The notes under the pieces are model-generated. The model searched no databases. It saw only the letters and a program-made list of their open reading frames with translations, and had not been told where the DNA came from. A stretch of DNA of 32,000 bases. It comes from Desulfocapsa sulfexigens DSM 10523. Its GTDB lineage: Bacteria; Desulfobacterota; Desulfobulbia; Desulfobulbales; Desulfocapsaceae. Within the stretch, counting starts at the first letter, position 1. Every line of letters begins with the position of its first letter. Below are positions 27,610-32,000 of this stretch, piece after piece. Where the stretch lies: assembly GCF_000341395.1 (NCBI RefSeq), contig NC_020304.1, forward strand, positions 60,001-92,000, in the 5' to 3' direction. Position numbers and translations under genes: made by a program.

Positions 27610-28728
27610 CTATCGCATCATTTCGATAAATCTATCAAAGAGATACAGTGCATCATGCGGACCGGGCGCATGCTCCGGATGGTACTGAACAGAAAACGCC
27701 GGATATTTTCTATGGCGCATCCCCTCTACAGACCCATCATTCAGATTGATATGAGTCAGTTCCACATCATCGGGACTCAAGCTCTCCATATCCACGCAGA
27801 ATCCATGATTTTGGGCGGTAATTTCAACCTTTCCGGTACTGAGATCCTTCACCGGCTGATTTCCTCCACGATGGCCAAATTTGAGTTTGAATGTGGAACC
27901 ACCATAGGCAAGACCTAAAATCTGATGGCCGAGACAAATTCCAAATATCGGTTTTTTCCCCAGAAGAGCACGAACAGTTTCGACCACGCCCGGAACCCCT
28001 TCAGGATCACCGGGACCATTGGACAAAAATATTCCATCCGGATTCATTCCAAGTACGGTTTCCGCATTCGTTGATGCTGGAACGACCTGAACCTGACACC
28101 CCTTCTCTGTGAAGATTCGGGCCTGATTGTATTTCAGACCAAAATCAAAGGCTACAATCTTAAGTGGATTCTCAATACCTGACTGGGCTGTGGTAAAATC
28201 GGTTCCCGGAACCACACTATTATCGGCCCAGCCATAAGGTTCCTTACAGGTCACCCTGCTTACCATATCCTGGCCAACGATTCCAGTCCATTCACGGGCC
28301 CTTGCCACCAGAGACTCCGGATCAAGATCAACGGTTGAAACAATTCCCTTCATGGCTCCCTTTGTTCGGATATGGCGTACCAGTGCCCGGGTATCAAACC
28401 CTTCCACACCAAGAACACCATAATCACCTAAAAACTCAGCGAGTGTCTGTTCCGATCTGAAATTAGAGGGAAAGCCATTATATTCTTTTACGAAAAAGGC
28501 CTTCGGGTGAACCGAGTCAGACTCCATATCCGCCTTATTCACACCATAATTGCCAATAAGAGGATAGGTCATGGTGACAATCTGTCCGGTATAGGACGGA
28601 TCGGTCAGGACCTCCTGATATCCACTCATTGAAGTGTTGAAAACGATTTCACCAATGGCCTCACCGGATCCGGTAAAGGAGCGCCCTTCAAACAGAGTCC
28701 CATCTTCCAGGGCAATCAATGCTTTCAT
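27610..28728 (-). CDS. carA: Carbamoyl-phosphate synthase small (glutamine amidotransferase) subunit
   Basis: 372 aa. [18 protein letters not shown]...[19 protein letters not shown], and the GATase active site GICLGHQ plus ...YHPE. It lies 48 nt upstream of carB. Confidence 0.95.
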   Translation of the reverse strand: MKALIALEDGTLFEGRSFTGSGEAIGEIVFNTSMSGYQEVLTDPSYTGQIVTMTYPLIGNYGVNKADMESDSVHPKAFFVKEYNGFPSNFRSEQTLAEFLGDYGVLGVEGFDTRALVRHIRTKGAMKGIVSTVDLDPESLVARAREWTGIVGQDMVSRVTCKEPYGWADNSVVPGTDFTTAQSGIENPLKIVAFDFGLKYNQARIFTEKGCQVQVVPASTNAETVLGMNPDGIFLSNGPGDPEGVPGVVETVRALLGKKPIFGICLGHQILGLAYGGSTFKLKFGHRGGNQPVKDLSTGKVEITAQNHGFCVDMESLSPDDVELTHINLNDGSVEGMRHRKYPAFSVQYHPEHAPGPHDALYLFDRFIEMMR

Positions 28729-29083
28729 ATATTTCCCTTATTCTTTACTTCTTTCAGTAAACGCCCCAATCCTGCCGGAGCGTATGATAAATGAGTGATG
28801 ACTGTGCAGATTGCTTCCCGACACGCACCTGGCACAACAGTACTGCTGGAACCGCGAAAACAGGAAGATACCAAAAAAAAATTACAATATTAAACTCAAG
28901 AATCCGGCTTGAGTCAACAGGAATCGGGAGAAAAAGGGTAAAACCCGATGAACAGGAATACCATTAAATCTTTTTTATGCTTTTTTATGGTTGGAATTTC
29001 CCTTCAATTTGGTATTGATAGACCCGACGAGCATACCCTGCGAGGTTTTTTTATTCCCCTCCCCCTTTCCAGAAGGAGAAATC

Positions 29084-30115
29084 ATGCATAAAATAGGAAC
29101 TTTATTAATCGCAACACTATTGCTACTCTTTACATTAATTGGAGATAACCTGATGGCTGAAAATAAATTAGCGGACGGCATGTATGCCAAATTCGTCACC
29201 AATAAAGGTGAAATCATCTGTGCTCTTGAATACAACAAAACCCCGATCACCGTAGCCAACTTTGTCGGTCTTGCCGAAGGTACTAAAGAACTGGGTGGCG
29301 GAGCAGGAAAAGCAGGTGTTCGTTTTTATGATGGCCTTACCTTTCATCGTGTCATTGGTGATTTCATGATCCAGGGTGGTTGTCCCCTTGGAACCGGCAC
29401 AGGTGGCCCTGGTTATACCTTCCCCGACGAGATTGATCCAACCCTCAAACATTCCAGCCCTGGAATACTGTCAATGGCCAATGCAGGCCCTGGAACCAAT
29501 GGTAGTCAGTTTTTTATCACCCATGTTCCCACCCCGCACCTTGACGGCAAGCACACTGTCTTTGGTCATGTGGTTTCAGGCATGGATGTAGTAAACAAGA
29601 TCCAGAAGGATGACAAAATCGAAACCATCGAAATCATCCGCGTAGGAGCTGACGCAGAGGCATTTAAAAGCGATCAGGCAGCCTTTGATGCACTTCTTGC
29701 CAGCCAGGAAGCGCGAGCAAAAGAAAAAGAACTTGCAGCAATGGAAGAGGCGATGGAACTTATCAACGGCAAGTATCCAGATGCCATCACAACCGCTTCG
29801 GGCCTCAAGTATGTAGTCGTTGCAGAAGGTGAAGGCAACACTCCAGCAGCTGGAGCAATGGTCAAGGTTCACTACACCGGAACATTACTCGACGGCAGCA
29901 AATTCGATTCTTCCGTTGACCGCGGCACCCCTATCGAATTTCCCGTAGGACAGGGACGAGTCATTAAAGGGTGGGATGAGGCTCTTCTCACCATGAAAAA
30001 GGGTGAGAAGCGTGTCCTAATTATTCCTGCAAATCTAGGTTATGGACCATCGGGACGCGGTCCTATTCCACCAAATGCCACCATGATTTTTGATGTGGAG
30101 TTGATTGATTTCTAA
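29084..30115 (+). CDS. Dual-domain peptidyl-prolyl cis-trans isomerase: N-terminal signal/anchor + cyclophilin domain + FKBP domain
   Basis: Cyclophilin: [30 protein letters not shown]...[36 protein letters not shown]: [62 protein letters not shown]. The track ORF starts at TTG 28991. I favour ATG 29084 ([16 protein letters not shown]), which is preceded by AAGGAG at 29073-29078. Confidence 0.88.
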   Translation: MHKIGTLLIATLLLLFTLIGDNLMAENKLADGMYAKFVTNKGEIICALEYNKTPITVANFVGLAEGTKELGGGAGKAGVRFYDGLTFHRVIGDFMIQGGCPLGTGTGGPGYTFPDEIDPTLKHSSPGILSMANAGPGTNGSQFFITHVPTPHLDGKHTVFGHVVSGMDVVNKIQKDDKIETIEIIRVGADAEAFKSDQAAFDALLASQEARAKEKELAAMEEAMELINGKYPDAITTASGLKYVVVAEGEGNTPAAGAMVKVHYTGTLLDGSKFDSSVDRGTPIEFPVGQGRVIKGWDEALLTMKKGEKRVLIIPANLGYGPSGRGPIPPNATMIFDVELIDF

Positions 30116-30152
30116 AGAGTGAATCATTCGTTTTTTTTCGTGAAATAAAAGC

Positions 30153-30194
30153 AAAAGGCCTGACTGGATAGTGTTTCCGGCCAGGCCTTTTTTT
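30153..30194 (+). terminator. Rho-independent terminator after the PPIase gene
   Basis: aaaaggcctg (30153-30162) pairs with caggcctttt (30182-30191). The stem extends inward with one mismatch (ctgg/ccgg) and is followed by a T7 run (30188-30194). It lies 38 nt after the stop codon. Confidence 0.75.
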
Positions 30195-30305
30195 AGTCTC
30201 ATGTAACAGGATTCACTTCGATATATAGGCGCTGCAGGTCAAGGTTGAAATCTTGCGAAAATACAAAAAAGGGGAAAAGATGAGCAAAACAGAGGGGAGA
30301 AGCTG

Positions 30306-30896
30306 ATGATCAAGGTCAATTGCGGACGATGTTTGCGGCAGCTACTGTGGCGTGGAGTGTTTGCGGTTGCACTGCTGGCGCTACCTTTTCCATTGTGGGC
30401 TGCGGATTGGAGCCCATTGTCTGATACAGGCCAGAATAAATGTTACGATGCACAGGGTGCTGAAATTGTCTGCCCGACAGCCGGACAGCCTTTTCTGGGG
30501 CAAGATGCACAGTATCAGGGAGCAACTTCTGTTTTTCGGGATAATGGCAACCAAACTGTCAGCGATCAGCAGAGTGGTCTGATGTGGATGAAATCCAGCG
30601 ATGATATAGCTCGCAGATGGCAGGATGCTATCACCTACTGCAACGAACGTGTCTTTGCAGGTCATGATGACTGGCGCCTGCCCAGCAAATTCGAACTGGA
30701 GTCCATCGTCAACTATGGTCGATCGTTTCCAGCTGTTAATGAAGTTTTCAGTTGTCCGGGGTCATTTACCTGGTCGAAGACCGTTCACGTGGGCAACCCT
30801 GAGTACGCGTGGAGTGTCTACTGTGACGATGGCGCTGATCATTGGGTTCACAAAACAAACACCTATTCCGTCCGTTGTGTTCGTAACGAACGATGA
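30306..30896 (+). CDS. Secreted DUF1566 (Lcl C-terminal / C-type-lectin-like fold) domain protein
   Basis: 196 aa. Signal peptide VFAVALLALPFPLWAADW. DUF1566-typical blocks: DTGQNKCYDAQGAEIVCPTAGQPFLGQDAQY, LMWMK, WQDAITYCNE...HDDWRLPSKFELESIV, YSVRCVR. A GGGGAG SD precedes the ATG. Confidence 0.85.
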   Translation: MIKVNCGRCLRQLLWRGVFAVALLALPFPLWAADWSPLSDTGQNKCYDAQGAEIVCPTAGQPFLGQDAQYQGATSVFRDNGNQTVSDQQSGLMWMKSSDDIARRWQDAITYCNERVFAGHDDWRLPSKFELESIVNYGRSFPAVNEVFSCPGSFTWSKTVHVGNPEYAWSVYCDDGADHWVHKTNTYSVRCVRNER

Positions 30897-30999
30897 AATT
30901 TGATTTCTTTCATTCTTTTACACTCATTATGGCCTTCCTGCTCAAAGAAGTATACTGGTCGTCTCATCAATTCACCTCATTATCCACAGGACACAAAAT

Positions 31000-31515
31000 A
31001 TGCTACTAAAACAGACCCAACCTGACATTCGGCGTCCCCCCCGACCTTTCATGCAGAAAAGAAGTGCACGAATCATCATGGGGAGCACTCTGCTGCTTTC
31101 AGTCTTTGTTCTCTTTGGCTCACTTGCGCATACCATAGGCCCCTACACTGCCCGAATCAACACGGTTATTGACCAGGGAACCGGCCTGGAGTGGCAAAAA
31201 AACAGTACCGGAATACCCCACACCTGGCAGAATGCACTTCTCTACTGTGAAGATTTATCTCTTGACTCAAAAACCGACTGGCGAGTCCCCAATATCCGCG
31301 AGTTAAAATCTCTTGCTGACTACAGCAGATACTACCCAGCAATTGATCCGGTTATCCCCAGTGAGTCATCAGTCTACTGGTCAGCCACCACCGCCGTAAC
31401 ACGTTCTCCAACGAGCGCATGGACGGTCTTTTTCGGTAATGGCGATGACATTTGGGCAGATAAGAGCAAAACACACTACGTTCGTTGTGTTCGTTCTGAG
31501 TCCTCAGGTCAGTAG
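31000..31515 (+). CDS. DUF1566 domain protein (paralogue of the preceding gene)
   Basis: 171 aa. Hydrophobic N-terminal segment IIMGSTLLLSVFVLFGSLA. LEWQK, WQNALLYCEDLSLDSKTDWRVPNIRELKSL, YWSATT, HYVRCVR. The start could also be the internal Met (MQKRSARI). Confidence 0.8.
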   Translation: MLLKQTQPDIRRPPRPFMQKRSARIIMGSTLLLSVFVLFGSLAHTIGPYTARINTVIDQGTGLEWQKNSTGIPHTWQNALLYCEDLSLDSKTDWRVPNIRELKSLADYSRYYPAIDPVIPSESSVYWSATTAVTRSPTSAWTVFFGNGDDIWADKSKTHYVRCVRSESSGQ

Positions 31516-31625
31516 TAATGCAAAGCAACAGGAGTTAACATGAGGCCGTGACAGATATCCCTGGAAACCACAGGATCAGCTTCAATACAGTCTCTTTCAG
31601 GTCAAAGGGGAGAAAACAACACTGT

Positions 31626-32000
31626 TCAATACTTCAAACCAACGCGTTCTCGTACCAGATCAAGAGTGACCATAGCCTTTTCCCTTGCTCGAATTGCACC
31701 TTTTCGTAAAACAGTTCGAATCATTTCTGGATCAGCCATGTATTCTGCTTTTTTCTGACGAGCCTCAGCATAATAGTCACTAATCAGCTCGAGAAGTTCG
31801 AGCTTTAAATACCCATAGGCCGCACCACCATTAACATACAGATTTCTTATTTCCTGGAGACGCTCGGGTGTTGCAAAGAGTTTAAACAGAGCAAAAAGAT
31901 TACACTGGTCAGGATCTTTTGGATCCTCCACGGGAATTGCGTCGGTTGCGATCGCCATCACTTTTTTCTTCAGCTGCTTGCCTTCAAGAAAAATAGGGAT
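31626..32000 (-). CDS. trpS: Tryptophan--tRNA ligase, C-terminal part (5' end lies beyond the right window edge)
   Basis: The frame is open from the window edge: IPIFLEGKQLKKKVMAIATDAIPVEDPKDPDQCNLFALFKLFATPERLQEIRNLYVNGGAAYGYLKLELLELISDYYAEARQKK...RERVGLKY*. This matches the post-KMSKS C-terminal region of bacterial TrpS as I remember it. The GTG at 31961 in the track is not the real start. Confidence 0.8.
   Translation of the reverse strand: MPIFLEGKQLKKKVMAIATDAIPVEDPKDPDQCNLFALFKLFATPERLQEIRNLYVNGGAAYGYLKLELLELISDYYAEARQKKAEYMADPEMIRTVLRKGAIRAREKAMVTLDLVRERVGLKY

Noticed and set aside
28830-28846. Sigma-54 type promoter (TGGCAC ... TGC) upstream of the PPIase gene
   Set aside because: The GG and GC dinucleotides are separated by 12 nt rather than the canonical 10 nt of TGGCAC-N5-TTGC. 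The element also sits about 240 nt from the start codon. The spacing is wrong, so I made no call.
28991-29083. N-terminal extension of the PPIase ORF (TTG at 28991), and the antisense 94-aa ORF 28975..29259
   Set aside because: A strong AAGGAG SD precedes ATG 29084, and the protein from that ATG begins with a typical signal/anchor segment. The upstream 31 codons are probably untranslated promoter/leader DNA. The antisense ORF has no SD and overlaps a well-supported gene.
30280-30306. 8-codon upstream ORF (MSKTEGRS) whose TGA overlaps the ATG of the first DUF1566 gene (TGATG)
   Set aside because: It is too short to evaluate. Its body contains the GGGGAG that is better explained as the SD of the main gene. 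There is nothing to distinguish it from chance.
30700-31625. Diversity-generating retroelement (DGR) targeting the DUF1566 genes
   Set aside because: A DGR needs a reverse transcriptase gene and a template repeat nearly identical to the 3' variable region of the target. The DNA after both genes (30897-30999 and 31516-31625) is short, contains no RT ORF, and shows no repeat of either 3' end. The only shared DNA string I found is a 12-mer encoding the conserved RCVR motif. The next gene is trpS.
1-32000. Mobile elements, prophage, CRISPR arrays, toxin-antitoxin pairs or known defence-system gene sets
   Set aside because: I found no transposase, integrase or recombinase-like ORFs. There are no direct-repeat/spacer arrays and no flanking tRNA or long terminal repeats. 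By eye there is no abrupt compositional change other than the A/T-rich intergenic gap at 8428-8907. The window reads as core chromosome.

Overview
This 32-kb chromosomal window holds mainly recognisable housekeeping genes (carA-carB, ftsH-folP, yaaA, serA, maf, the 3' end of trpS) interleaved with signalling genes. I call 24 protein-coding loci. One is split by a frameshift and two are truncated by the window edges. There are also a few intrinsic-terminator-like hairpins. I see no rRNA, tRNA, CRISPR array, transposase, integrase or phage genes, so this does not look like a classical accessory or defence island. The gene content (REC-DUF4388-roadblock regulator, periplasmic c-type-haem DUF3365 sensor, ChaN-PDZ, DUF362, B12-radical-SAM/DUF4080) suggests an anaerobic deltaproteobacterium/Desulfobacterota-like organism, but that is an impression, not a computed result. 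All domain calls come from motifs read by eye in the supplied translations; no searches were run. The items most worth a second look are: (1) a ~1125-aa HEAT-repeat/cNMP-binding/PilZ protein translationally coupled to a non-canonical Zn-ribbon+Toprim (primase-like) gene that the ORF track misses because it runs off the left edge; (2) a histidine kinase with two roadblock/LC7 proteins but no GTPase, next to an output-less haem-c DUF3365-HAMP sensor; (3) a cNMP-binding / metallophosphoesterase / ParB-Srx-Lrp trio whose gene overlap contains a T8 run; (4) a secreted M1-peptidase + ChaN/Tiki + PDZ fusion; (5) a radical-SAM/DUF4080 gene broken at a homopolymer. None of these can be shown to be novel from the sequence alone.
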